A stretch of DNA of 64,000 bases from Cyanophora paradoxa CCMP329 (lineage: Eukaryota; Plantae; Glaucophyta), in assembly GCA_004431415.1 (NCBI GenBank), contig QPMI01000113.1, forward strand, positions 1 to 64,000, in the 5' to 3' direction. The position numbers were made by a program, and so were the translations under genes. Below, in pieces: positions 36,444 to 47,521 of the stretch. Position 1 is the first letter of the stretch; each line of letters opens with the position of its first letter. Under the pieces are notes generated by a model that was not told the origin of the DNA, did no database searches, and worked only from the letters and a program-made list of their open reading frames with translations.

Positions 36444-39382
36444 CGACCGAGCCTACGACATCTATCGCGGCCGCTGGCCTCGACGGACGTGCATGGGCAC
36501 CACCAGCACCTGGAACAAAGCGACGCCGACCAGTGACATTGGCCGAGCCTCGTAGCTCGCCCAACTCGCCACCACAGCGCGCCCGCCACGATCCAGAGGA
36601 GCAGGTGACAGAAGACGCCGAGGACGTGACTTCGGAAGTGGATCCCGCAGAGTACTCCGACGCTGACGACGACGAACTCTCGTCTGAGGAACAGCGGAGC
36701 TCGCCCTCGCGCGCCGAGGCCGATCTCCTTGGACGGACGGGACCTCACTCTGAGGAACAGCGGAGCTCGCCCGCGCACGGCAACACCACGCGCGACGGGA
36801 CTCGCGACTCAGGAGATCGAGGGAGGGGGAGGGGTACACTGCGCGGGCGACCTCGTGGACGACCGCGTGGACGACCTCGCCTGCACCACCCCAGAAACCG
36901 CCCTTCAGCAACCGAGCCTCGCAAGCCGGTGCTGCCTGACGCGGATCCGATCGGGAACCTTCTCCCACCTCCCCAACTCCCCGGCGGCATTCAGCATGAG
37001 ATCGAGAACTACTGGCGGCAGGAGGCACAACGCCATCTTGACGGACGCCAACACGAACTCGCCTTGCCGGAGCCCGACGGCGAGGCTGACCCGCAGCTCT
37101 CGCCGAACAGCTCGGTTGGGGAACCGATGGACGTGACGGATGGAGAACCTGCTCAGGCGACCCCTCCCACGCCCTCAGCAACACCTGCCTATGCGGGGCA
37201 GCAGGGCAACAAGCAGCCTCGACGCAGGGCGGAAGATCGCCATCGAGCCTCGAAGCAGGCCCAACACCGTTTGCTCAAGCAACAAGCGCAACAACGACAC
37301 GAGGAGAATGTGCGCAACAACGCAGATCCTGACGGAGCCGAGGCGCGTCCTCGCCTCTCGAAGGAACAGCGTAAGCAGCGCCGTGACACTCGTCGTCAAG
37401 AACTCGAGGCACAAGCACCACGCCCCCCGAACCTTATCCTCACGCGAGGTGCAGGGTCTCGCAAGGGTCGGTACGCCATCGCGCCTCCCAACGTGATGGA
37501 CGTACTCGACGAAGTTCTCCTCCCGATACCGACTCCACCCGAGACGTTGGGCAACGAACGCGAACTTCCACCTGCGGAGCCGCTTACGACAGACGGCGTC
37601 GCTCCGTTGGATGACCGTACCGGCGGGCGCAACGCTCCGAAGCCGGTCTACTTACCGCCAGAGACCACTGTTGCCGACTGCTGGATGCAGGGGCCTCAGC
37701 CGCTGGTTGAAGTCCCTGTACCACCTGCTCTCCAGCCTCTGACGGTCGACGGAGCCTCTATGGTGGAAGATCAGAAGACAGATCCACTCTGTCAGATGAT
37801 CATCGCGTTCAAGCTGCGGAAGGAGAACCTTGCTCGTTGCTACGGCCACACTCACGGCGCTGACGCCCTGAGCCGTGATCCCGACGCCTACAAGACCTGC
37901 TTCGGCTGCGGGCAGGCGCGGGAACGCTTTGCGAAGGAGGCGGGACGCTACTGTCTCTCTCGCTCCGGTGTGGTCCTCCGCGCGCCCCTCTTCCCAACGA
38001 TGGGCTCGCCGGTGGTAGTGCCCCAACGCTGGAGAGCTGCGGTGATGGAAGCGTATCACGATGACTGGGCTCACCGAGGCGCGTCCATCGTCGCCCGGCG
38101 CATCGCGACTCGCTTCTGGTGGCCTGGCATGACGAACATGGTGCACCGCTACGTTCGCACCTGCCATCACTGCCAGTTGGCGAAGGCCAAACACCGGCCT
38201 CGAGTGCAGCACATGATCATCGAATCGCGGCACCCTGGCGACCTGCGCCAAGCTGATCTCTGTCCGATGCCTCACGCCAAAGATGCCCCTCACCGCTTCA
38301 CGCAAGTGCTGATTGACATCGACGCGTACACCAAGTATCCGGAGATCATCATGCTCACGGAAGCTGACGGCACGGCCATGGAGTGGGCTGCGCAGAGCAT
38401 TCAGTCCTCAAACGGCACGCCCAAACGTTACCTCACTGACAACGGCACGGTGTTCAAGCCGAACACGCCCTGGGGCAAGTTCTGGACCAAGCAGGGCGTG
38501 CGGCTCATCTACACTGGTGTCTCTCATCAGTCGACCAACGGTGGTGCCGAACGACTTGTCGGGGTGTACAAGCGGCTTATCTTCGCGCTCTGTGCCGAAG
38601 ACAAGCGTGACAACGTCTACTGGCCTTACTACCACTACCGTGTGCTCTTCGCGCTGCGCACTACGATCCACGCGGCAACCGGCTTCTCCCCGGCTACGCT
38701 TCACCATGGACGCGAGCTGGTGCTGCCCGGGGACCTCCGTTTGGATCTTGTTCAGCGTGAACCCTTCGGCGAGCCTTACACGTATGCGGAGTATGCGCTG
38801 GCTGTCGCGCGGGCGGCTTCAAGTGTCGCTGAGGCGGTCAAGGCTCATCGGAAGATGTACAATCACAAGCTCCTTCGCTACGGCACCGGCAACGAACCTC
38901 GTCAGATTTTCGTGCCGGGTGACAAGGTACTCTGCTGGAGCGAGAGCGCGAAGGCGACCAACGTCATGAAGCACGGTACGCGTAACGGCTGGACCGGCCC
39001 GTACGTGGTCGTGGAGGTCTTCTCTCGCGGCTACCTCTACACCGTACGCGGCGACCCGTCGTCTCGAATGCATCGTTCGACGGACGTTGTGGTGCACGTC
39101 GACAACATCATTCCGTACTATGACCGCCCCGATAACTTTGCCGAGGATCCGAAGCCTGGCCGGCCCCAACGGCGCGCCCCTGAACCTGTTCCCCCGCCTC
39201 CGGTGCATCTGGACGCGGATGGTGATCAGCCAATGGAGGATCCGCCGATCCTGCACGACGACGAGCCTCACTCGGAGGGCCGCTTGGCCGAGGAGGGCAG
39301 TGACGACGACTCCGTGGAGTCCGAGCAGGAAGAGAGTGTGCAGCTCCATGTTGTGGGCTGGCCGAAGCACGACTTCGCCTAG
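36440..39382 (+). CDS. Long low-complexity linker plus integrase
   Basis: HHCC (HDDWAH...CHHC), DDE (QADL, LTDNG, GGAER) and GPY/F (WTGPY), with an acidic tail. TAG at 39380-39382. Confidence 0.93.
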   Translation: MTTEPTTSIAAAGLDGRAWAPPAPGTKRRRPVTLAEPRSSPNSPPQRARHDPEEQVTEDAEDVTSEVDPAEYSDADDDELSSEEQRSSPSRAEADLLGRTGPHSEEQRSSPAHGNTTRDGTRDSGDRGRGRGTLRGRPRGRPRGRPRLHHPRNRPSATEPRKPVLPDADPIGNLLPPPQLPGGIQHEIENYWRQEAQRHLDGRQHELALPEPDGEADPQLSPNSSVGEPMDVTDGEPAQATPPTPSATPAYAGQQGNKQPRRRAEDRHRASKQAQHRLLKQQAQQRHEENVRNNADPDGAEARPRLSKEQRKQRRDTRRQELEAQAPRPPNLILTRGAGSRKGRYAIAPPNVMDVLDEVLLPIPTPPETLGNERELPPAEPLTTDGVAPLDDRTGGRNAPKPVYLPPETTVADCWMQGPQPLVEVPVPPALQPLTVDGASMVEDQKTDPLCQMIIAFKLRKENLARCYGHTHGADALSRDPDAYKTCFGCGQARERFAKEAGRYCLSRSGVVLRAPLFPTMGSPVVVPQRWRAAVMEAYHDDWAHRGASIVARRIATRFWWPGMTNMVHRYVRTCHHCQLAKAKHRPRVQHMIIESRHPGDLRQADLCPMPHAKDAPHRFTQVLIDIDAYTKYPEIIMLTEADGTAMEWAAQSIQSSNGTPKRYLTDNGTVFKPNTPWGKFWTKQGVRLIYTGVSHQSTNGGAERLVGVYKRLIFALCAEDKRDNVYWPYYHYRVLFALRTTIHAATGFSPATLHHGRELVLPGDLRLDLVQREPFGEPYTYAEYALAVARAASSVAEAVKAHRKMYNHKLLRYGTGNEPRQIFVPGDKVLCWSESAKATNVMKHGTRNGWTGPYVVVEVFSRGYLYTVRGDPSSRMHRSTDVVVHVDNIIPYYDRPDNFAEDPKPGRPQRRAPEPVPPPPVHLDADGDQPMEDPPILHDDEPHSEGRLAEEGSDDDSVESEQEESVQLHVVGWPKHDFA

Positions 39383-39938
39383 CTATAACTCTGGGGTTGG
39401 TGGCGTTCGCTTCTATGACGGATGCGGAACTCGGGTTCCTGAGCTTCACTTGAGTCACCTTGGGGGTTGATGTGATGACCGTGAGGGCACTGCATCCGGC
39501 AGTGGACCCTGAGGGCTGCCGCACCAGCGGCAGGCTCTGTTCAGTGGTTGGCCGCTGCTCATGGCAGCGGAGGGCCACTGCACCCGACAGTGGGCCCTGT
39601 GGTTGGTTGGCCGTCGCTCCAGCGACGGAGGGTCCTCATGGGACCTATTCCCCCGGCTTTCCCGTTGCTCAGCCGGAGCAACGGGCTGGGAACCTTTTCT
39701 TGTAGCTGTTCCATTCAGTGCGTCCGATCCGCGTTGATCGCACGCCTCCTGAATTGCTCCGCCTTCCTTGGGCGCTGATCAGGTTGCGCAGTTCAGGCCG
39801 CGGGCTGATCACCCGTCCGGCCCTGGACCCTGCCACTTCCTGCTATCACCCTCTACGCCCCCCTGGCCGGCCCCTTCCGGCTGCTTCCTGGCCTCCCTCG
39901 GGCGGCACGGGGACGTGCCGACGAGGAACACGCGGAGC

Positions 39939-40218
39939 TATTGCCTCACGGCTTTATGCCGTCAGGAGCCGGCGCCCCGAGTCTCGCTACTCGCAGTGCT
40001 TGGCCTTAGTCTCCGCAGCGCTCACATTGAGTGCGCCGATTGGACCCCCACTACTTTTCATGTACCCTTCCCGGGCTCACACCCCGGGTGATACACTTGT
40101 ACCCTGTACTTGTGCTTGCTCCTGGAATACCAGCTCTGCTCGCTCTCGCCGCCAGCTTGCTAGAACTGCACAGCACGCATGGCTAAGCCTAGCCGCACCA
40201 TAAACTAGGCTCTTCTGA
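39939..40218 (+). repeat. 3' LTR (280 bp)
   Basis: Direct repeat of 25364-25643, followed by GAAG. Confidence 0.95.
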
Positions 40219-40660
40219 GAAGTGCACGTGCGATGTCATCAGCGTCGTAGTTACCGCAGACCAGTCGTAAACGTATGACCTCCAGGGCCAGTGTCTTAGG
40301 CCGCTCTAGAAGCGTTCGTTGTCTTAGGCCGCGCTAGGTTGCGCCGCGCTCCGATTTTTCTCTCACTCTCGCTCGATCCCCGGGCCCGACTTTCGCAACC
40401 CGCGTTTTCGAAGCTCTTCTGTTTTTTTGGAATTAGGCCTATAGCTAGGGGGTCTGGTCGGTGTCCAACCCCGTCCAACCCCGTCCCGTCCAGCGGGGTC
40501 TCGCTAATCAAAGAAGAAGGACTCTTGGTCCGAAAATGCATTGGACGTGACACGTGTTGTTCGCTAGCTGTTAACTATAGCTAGCTATAGCAGCACATCT
40601 GCATGTGGTCTACGGCCAGCAGTATTAATATTGGATTTCCATGCTGTAGCTATATGTATA

Positions 40661-40951
40661 GTCCGGAGGGGACGCCATCGGCGTCTATTCTACTGACACT
40701 TGCCCCTCTATCTCAGCGACCGAGGGACGTAGTCCAGTCCGGTGTCTTACGGGGGTGTCTTTATGGACCCCTGGGACACCCCCCCTGGCTGCGCCATCGC
40801 AGTGCAGGCGGTCACGTTGCCACTTTAGTGGGGTCGACGGCAGGGGCGTCGCCGCCCGGCGAGGCACCGGTCTTCGAAACCTTCCTCTTGGGAATCGATC
40901 CGGGTCTTCGCACTTCTAAACCGTGATTTCAACCACTCGGCCATACGTGCC
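40661..40951 (-). mobile_element. tRNA-derived SINE-like element or tRNA pseudogene with a tail
   Basis: Minus strand GGCACGTA-TGGCCGAGTGG (A box, 40943-40933) ... GGATCGATTCC (B-box-like, 40901-40891) at tRNA spacing. Cloverleaf incomplete. The 3' boundary is uncertain. Confidence 0.55.
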
Positions 40952-41168
40952 TTCTAGTATAGTCTGAGTTTAAATATCTGCTAGTATAGTCTGAGTTTAA
41001 ATATTCACTCCATCTGCTATATCTCGATCCGAGTCCCTGAGGTTCGCCCCAGGCACTCCCATGGCCATGGCCAGGGACATGCAGGGCGCCCTGCGCATGC
41101 AGTCTGGCCATGGCAGCTCGATTCGAATTCACGTAAACTCCGATCGAAATCGATCGAAATTGAATTAA

Positions 41169-44100
41169 ACAAGCCCTGGGCCCCTGCGGGTCCCAAACAT
41201 CGGGCGAAGCCTCGGCAGCCCCCTTTGCGACCCCCTCATTCATCGCGGCCCGTCGTGGCTAGCGCCGGGTCGGTGGGGCAGGGAGAGGGGAGGGGAGGGC
41301 TGGCGGGGGGAGGGGAGTTATAGGAGAAGTTGTCGTGAGATCTAGAGGAGCTGTCCTGAGAGAATATAATTATTTAATTAGGGGAATTGGTGCAGCTGAG
41401 AGAGAATATAATGAGGGGAGGAGTGGTGCTGCCAATCAGCTAGTTGTAGTTGAGCTGGAGGCCCCGAGGAAATTGACAGGAGATTGTCGAGGGGAGGGGC
41501 GAGGTTCTCGTGGCCAGGCGCATGCGCAGAGCTTATAAATCGCTTAAACAGAATCTCGGATGCGTACAGGATCGATGTCCAGGGCTGCGGAGGCGAGGGC
41601 CCGCGGAAATATGTGCAGGCCTGTGCAGGATCGAAAATTTGGTGTCGGCTGGGTTCTCGTGCTCTGTCGCGGCCACAGAGCTTGCGGAAGGCTTCGTATT
41701 GATCTCAAATGAATACTGTAGCGATGGGCATGGGTAATTTTATAAGGACGCGAGGGCGCGCGGAAAGATGTGCAGGTCCGTCTAGGATCGAATTTTCGGG
41801 GTCGGCTGGGTCCTCGCGGCGCGGCGCATTTAGAGACCGTGCGGAAGTCTTCTTCTACATCTCAAACGCTTATACTATTGCTCTGCGCATGCGCCGCGGC
41901 GTGGGCGCGCGGAAAGTTGTCCGGGGCTGTGCAGGATCGAATTTTTAACGTCGGGTACCTTCCTGCGCTGGTCCGGCTCCGAAAAGCGTATTTCTGGAGT
42001 GCGCAGGCCCTGCTATGTCTATGCGCGCCCGTATGCATCGAATGCGCGCATCGCGGGACCGGGCGGGACCGGCTGGATCAAAATTTCGGTCGAGGTTTTG
42101 GACTGGAGCATCGAGGGCGCCCTAAATCGAGTTTGCCGCAATGCGCGCGCTCTTGGCTGTCATTGTGACCGCTCTGGGACATCCCTGGCGCGCTTTTGTC
42201 GCGGGACCGGGTCCCACTTTTTGGGGTTTCGCGATCGAGCCGGGGTATAAATACCGGAATTGATCCGTGAGGGAAATGCGATTTTCGCGCGACGCCCACG
42301 GGCCGAACTCTAGGGGAGCTATGAGTGCGTTGGCCGACTGTCAGTTCTACTGTGTCACGTCGGAGACCGTTCGCCTTCATTGCGGAGGTTGCGAATCTGG
42401 ACGCTCGGACCAATCGGACTCGAGTGGAAAAAAAATAGAACCGGTCGTTCACCATTGACATACGGAAGAGTATGTCTATGCGCGCCCGTATGCATCGAAT
42501 GCGCGCATCGCGGGACCGGGCGGGACCGGCTGGATCAAAATTTCGGTCGAGGTTTTGGACTGGAGCATCGAGGGCGCCCTAAATCGAGTTTGCCGCAATG
42601 CGCGCGCTCTTGGCTGTCATTGTGACCGCTCTGGGACATCCCTGGCGCGCTTTTGTCGCGGGACCGGGTCCCACTTTTTGGGGTTTCGCGATCGAGCCGG
42701 GGTATAAATACCGGAATTGATCCGTGAGGGAAATGCGATTTTCGCGCGACGCCCACGGGCCGAATTCTAGGGGAGCTATGAGTGCGAAAATAAATCAGTG
42801 GAGGTTGGCCGACTGTCAGTTCTACTGTGTCACGTCGGAGACCGTTCGCCTTCATTGCGGAGGTTGCGAATCTGGACGCTCGGACCAATCGGACTCGAGT
42901 GGAAAAAAAATAGAACCGGTCGTTCACCATTGACATACGGACAAGCCCTGGGCCCCTGCGGGTCCCAAACATCGGGCGAAGCCTCAGCGGCCCTCCTCGC
43001 GTCCCCCTTGTTCATCGCGACCCGTCGCGGTTGTCGGTGGGGTGTCGGGGCAGGGAGAGGGGAGGGGAGGGCTGCTGAGAGGGAATATAATTATGGGAGT
43101 AGTTGTCCTGAGAGGAGCTGTCCTGAGAGAATATAAGTATTAAATTACGGGAATTGGTGCAGCTGAGAGCGAATTCGAATTAATATAATGAGTGGAGGAG
43201 TGGTGCTGCCATATGCATGCAATTAGCTAGGGGATATAATTATGGGAGGAGTTGTCCTGAGAGGAGTTGTCCTGAGAGAATATAATTTTGTAATCAGGGG
43301 AATTGCTGCAGCTGAGAGATAATATAATGAGGGGAGGAGTGGTGCTGCCAATCAGCTAGCTGTAGTTGAGCTCGAGGCCCTGAGGAAATTGAGAGGAGAT
43401 TGTCGAGGGCACGGGCGAGGTTGTCGCGGTCAGGCGCATGCACAGAGCTTGCGGATCGCTTAAACAGAGTCTGGAATGCATACAGGATCGATGTCCAGGG
43501 GTGCGGAGGCGAGGGCCCGCGGAAATATGTGCAGGCCTGTCCAGGATCGAAATTTTGGCGTCGGCTGGGTTCTCGTTCTCTTTCGCGCCCACAGAGCTTG
43601 GGAAAGGCTTCGTTTAGATCTCAAATGAATACTGTAGCGATGGGCATGCGTGGGGATGTGAGGACGCGCGGAAAGATGCACAGGTCCGTCCAGGATCGAA
43701 TTTTCGGGGTCGGCTGGGTCCTCGCGGCCCGGCGCATTTAGAGACCGTGCGAAAGGCTTCTTCTACATCTCAAATGCTTATACTATTGATCCGCGCATGC
43801 GCCGCGGCGTGGGCGCGCGGAAAGTTGCCCGGGGCCGTTTGCCGTCCAGGATCGAATTTTCGGGGTCGGATGGGTCCTCGCGGCCCGCGGGCCGCTGCGG
43901 AGGCGAGGGCGCGCGGAAATCTGTGCAGGCCTGTCCAGGATCGCAAATTTCGCGCCGTGTAGCGATGGGCATGGGTGAGGACGCGAGGGCGCGCGGAAAG
44001 ATGCGCAGGTCCGTCCAGGATCGAATTTTCGGGGTCGGCTGGGTCGCCGCGGCCCGGCGCATTTAGAAAGCGTAAGGAAGGCTTCTTCTACATCTCAAAT

Positions 44101-46044
44101 GCTTATACTATTGATCCGCGCATGCGCCGCGGCGTGGGCGCGCGGAAAGTTGCCTGGGGCTGTGCAGGATCGAATTTTTGCCATCGGGCACCTTCCTGCG
44201 CTGTTCCGGCTCCGAAAAGCGGATATCTGGAGTGCGCAGGCCCTGCTATGTCTATGCGCGCCAGTACGCATCGAATGTGCGCGTCGAGGGACCGGGAGGG
44301 ACCGGCAGGATCAAATTTTCGGCCGAGTCTTCCGACTGGAGCGTCGACGGCGCCCGAAATCGAGCTTGCCGCGATGCGCGCGCTCTTGGCTGTCATTCTG
44401 ACCGCTCTGGTCGTCCCTGGCGCGCTTTCGTTGCGGGACCGGGTCCCACTTTTTGGGATTTCGCGATCGAGCCGGGGTATAAATACCGGAATTGATCCTG
44501 GAGGGAAATTCGATTTTCGCGCGACGCTGATGGGAGAGCGGTTCGCCGGGTACCAGTCACGTCTGTGTCACGTCGGAGACCGTTCGCCTTCATTGCGGAG
44601 GTTGCGAATCTGGACGCTTGGACCAATCGGACTCGAGTGGAAAAAAAATAAATGGGGCCGTTCACCATCGACCTACGGAAGAGGCTTCGCCCGACAAGCC
44701 CTGGGCCCCTGCGGGTCCCAAACATCGGGCGAAGCCTCAGCGGCCCACCTCGCGCCCCCCTTTTTCATCGCGGCCCGCTGTGGTTGTCTCTGGGTCGTGG
44801 GGCAAGGAGAGGGGAGGGGAGGGCTGGTGAAAGGAAATTTAATCAGGGGAGCAGTTTTCGTGCAGGGCAGCCAGCTATATTATAAGGGAAAAATTAAGAG
44901 GAGTTTGAGGAGGCGCTGGGTCGGTGGGGTAGGCCTAGGGAGAGGCCTAGGGGAGGGCTGCTGAGAGGGAATATAATATGGGAGGAGTTGTCCTGAGAGG
45001 AGTTGTCCTGAGAGAATATAATTATGAAATTATGGGAACTCGTGCAGCTGAGAGAGAATAAAATGAGGGGAGGAGTGGTGCTGCCAATCAGCTAGCTGTA
45101 GTTGAGCTCGAGGCCCTGAGGTAATTGACAGGAGATTGTTGAGGGGACGGGCAAGGTTCTCGCGGCCAGGCGCATGCGCAGAGCTTATGAATCGTTGCGG
45201 AAGGCTTCGTTTAGATCTCAAATGAATACTGTAGCGATGGGCATGCGTGGGGATGCGATGGCGCGCGGAAAGATGCGCAGGTCCGTCCAGGATCGAATTT
45301 TCGGGGTCGGCTGGGTCCTCGCGGCCCGGCGCATTTAGAGACCGCGCGAAAGGCTTCTTCTACATCTCGAATGCTTACACTATTGCTCCGAGCATGCGCC
45401 GCAGCCTGGGCGCGCGGAAAGTTGCCCGGGGCTGTGCAGGATCGAAGTTTTGCTGCCGGGCACCTTCCTGCACTGTTCCGGCTCCGAAAAGCGGATATCT
45501 GGAGTGCGCAGGCCATGCTATGTCTATGCGCGCCAGTACGCATGGAATGCGCGCGTCGTGGGACCGGCCGGGACTGGCTGGATCAAAATTTCGGCCGACT
45601 CTTTGGACTGGAGCGTCGATGGCGGCCGAAATCGAGCTTGCCGCAATGCGCGCGCTCTTGGCTGTCATTCTGACCGCTTTGGCGCGTTCCTGGGGCGCTT
45701 TCGTCGGGGGACCGGGTCCCACTTTTTGGAGTTTCGCGATCGAGGCGGGGTATAAATACCGGAATTGATCCGTGAGGGAAATGCGATTTTCGCGCGACGC
45801 GCACGGGAGAGCGGTCGTCTTCGTTGAATTCTAGGGGAGCTATGATTCCGAAAATAAATCAGTGGAGCTGTGGTCAGGTGTATATTATCTAAGTTACGTC
45901 GGAGACCGTTCGCCTTCATTGCGGAGGTTGCGAGCCTCGACATTCGGACGAATCGCGAAGCAGTGGAAAAAAACTAAAAAAAATAAATCCGCCCGTTCAC
46001 CATCGACCAACGGAAGAGGCTTCGCCCGAAGAGGCTTCGCCCGA
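41169..46044 (-). mobile_element. Head-to-tail array of three Helentron/HINE-like units (41169-42940, 42941-44693, 44694-46044)
   Basis: Each unit begins (+) ACAAGCCCTGGGCCCCTGCGGGTCCCAAACATCGGGCGAAGCCTC. Two units end GAGGCTTCGCCCGA. Internal duplications, e.g. 42014-42470 repeated at 42471-42940. Confidence 0.65.
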
Positions 46045-46254
46045 TTTAAATCAAACCTAAGAGAAGCCTATATATATAGCTACGTATATATATATACGTA
46101 TACGTAGACGCACGTATATAAGCAAGCTATAGCTAGATTTAGATATCGATCTAGAGAGAATTCAAATTCGAGAGTTCGGGGGATATCCGGATCATGAGAG
46201 GAGCTCGAATTCGAAGCTTAAACCCCGCGCACTAGCTCAGCGGCTGGATACCGG

Positions 46255-47521
46255 ATGCAGGACAGCGGCGAGTGCAGCCCGCTTATCGGCCCTGAAGAAA
46301 TGAGCAATTGCAGGTTCTTCCGTGCGCGCGCGGTCGCTCGCTGCGAATTCAAATATCCGATCGCCGCGAAATCGATTTTTCGCGCGCGCCGCACGTACAT
46401 CTTCATGAATATCTGATCGTGAATTGGCCCCATTTCCGGCACTGCGGCGCCGGCATGCGCAGGCCTTCCGTCGCTCGCTTGCTTTCCGTCCTGCCCGACC
46501 GATCCCCGCCCGGGTTGGCGAAGGCGACTCGAGCACGTTCTGCATTCGCGTTGGTAAGCTAGGTCGCAATTTCAATCTGCGGTCTATGCTGGATCCCGGG
46601 TCCGATCCGGCCCGAGTCCAGGCTCTAGAACTCATGATGCTGATCAGTTAAGCTTCGCGCAGGCTGCACAGAGTCTTAAACACGCTCTTGTTTGTCGACC
46701 TTGCCCTCGTTATCGGATCGGTTCGAATTCTCGCAATTAGAAGCCCTAATTGTAAGCCTGCCGCAGTGCTCGGGCTACGAATACACCCGTCTTCGCAGAT
46801 CGTTCTGGAAATCCAGGGGCTCGACGCGGAGCTGAAGGCGTGCGAGAATTCGAAGGGACTGCACTCGTCCGGCTCGGGCGAACGCCTCGTGCTAGCAGCG
46901 GAAGTTCTTGAGCTCACGTCCCTCGGAATAGTCTGCATTTTCATCCTCGAGCACCTGGCGCTGCTCACGGCGCTCGGGCCGCGGCGCTACTGCCGCAACG
47001 CCTTCCACGCACTCGAGCTGCCCGTCCTCCTCCTCGCCTTCGTTCTGCAGGTCCCGAACGGACCCAGATCTAACGCCCGATGTCCCACTGGCCATGGCCG
47101 TTGTGCAAGCATAAGCGCTAGCTCGAATTCCAATTAAGTTGAATTTGATAAGCTGCCGGCCTCGCGATCGCGGCCCGCCGCGGCCGTCCGCAGGTCCTTC
47201 TGCGATTCCAGCCGGAGGCTGGACTTCTTGTGCTCGTGCGCTTTTGGCGGTGAGATTAATATTTCTACATCACTTACAATTGATATTCGAATTCTTGAAG
47301 TTTTGACCGAGGATTTCGCATGCTTTTGCAGGATTGTGCGGGTGGCGCAGGCCGTCTTCGAGACGAGCCGCGAGAAGACACGCGCTGCAAAACTGGAGGC
47401 TGCGGTCATACGGGCAAAGCACGGATTTGGCGGTCTCCTCCCCGCCATTGAGCTCTCCGGATCCGGTCACACCGGATCCGCATCCGGTCTCAAGGTCCCT
47501 CCCGAGGTGTGCATGCCCTAG
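46255..47521 (+). CDS. HVCN1: Voltage-gated proton channel, Hv1-like (multi-exon; start uncertain)
   Basis: Spliced exons give S0 WRRRLEHVLHSRW, S1 LNTLLFVDLALVIGS (selectivity Asp), S2 SLGIVCIFILE, S3 FHALELPVLL and S4 LVRFWR|IVRV (RxWRxxR). No pore domain. TAG at 47521. Confidence 0.85.

Larger units (their letters stand above)
25364..40218 (+). mobile_element. Full-length, very large Ty3/gypsy LTR retrotransposon (14,855 bp)
   Basis: Two 280-bp direct repeats. GAAG duplicated on both flanks. Domain order Gag zinc knuckles - protease - RT - RNase H - integrase. Confidence 0.97.

Noticed and set aside
28400-36445. Programmed -1 frameshifting or C-insertion RNA editing as the cause of the many -1 shifts
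   Set aside because: The shifts sit in C/G homopolymers without X-XXY-YYZ slippery sites, and similar slips occur in host genes (e.g. carboxypeptidase ~16760). Long-read homopolymer deletion error is far simpler.
39120-39938. Chromodomain or env-like ORF at the element's 3' end
   Set aside because: The integrase tail is Pro/acidic with no chromodomain aromatic pattern, and the 556-bp 3' UTR has no credible ORF.
40880-40951. Functional tRNA gene
   Set aside because: The acceptor and T stems do not pair properly and the B box has a substitution. Kept only as tRNA-derived.
41169-46044. Protein-coding or rDNA-spacer interpretation of the tandem units
   Set aside because: ORFs are not preserved between copies and no rRNA sequence is present.
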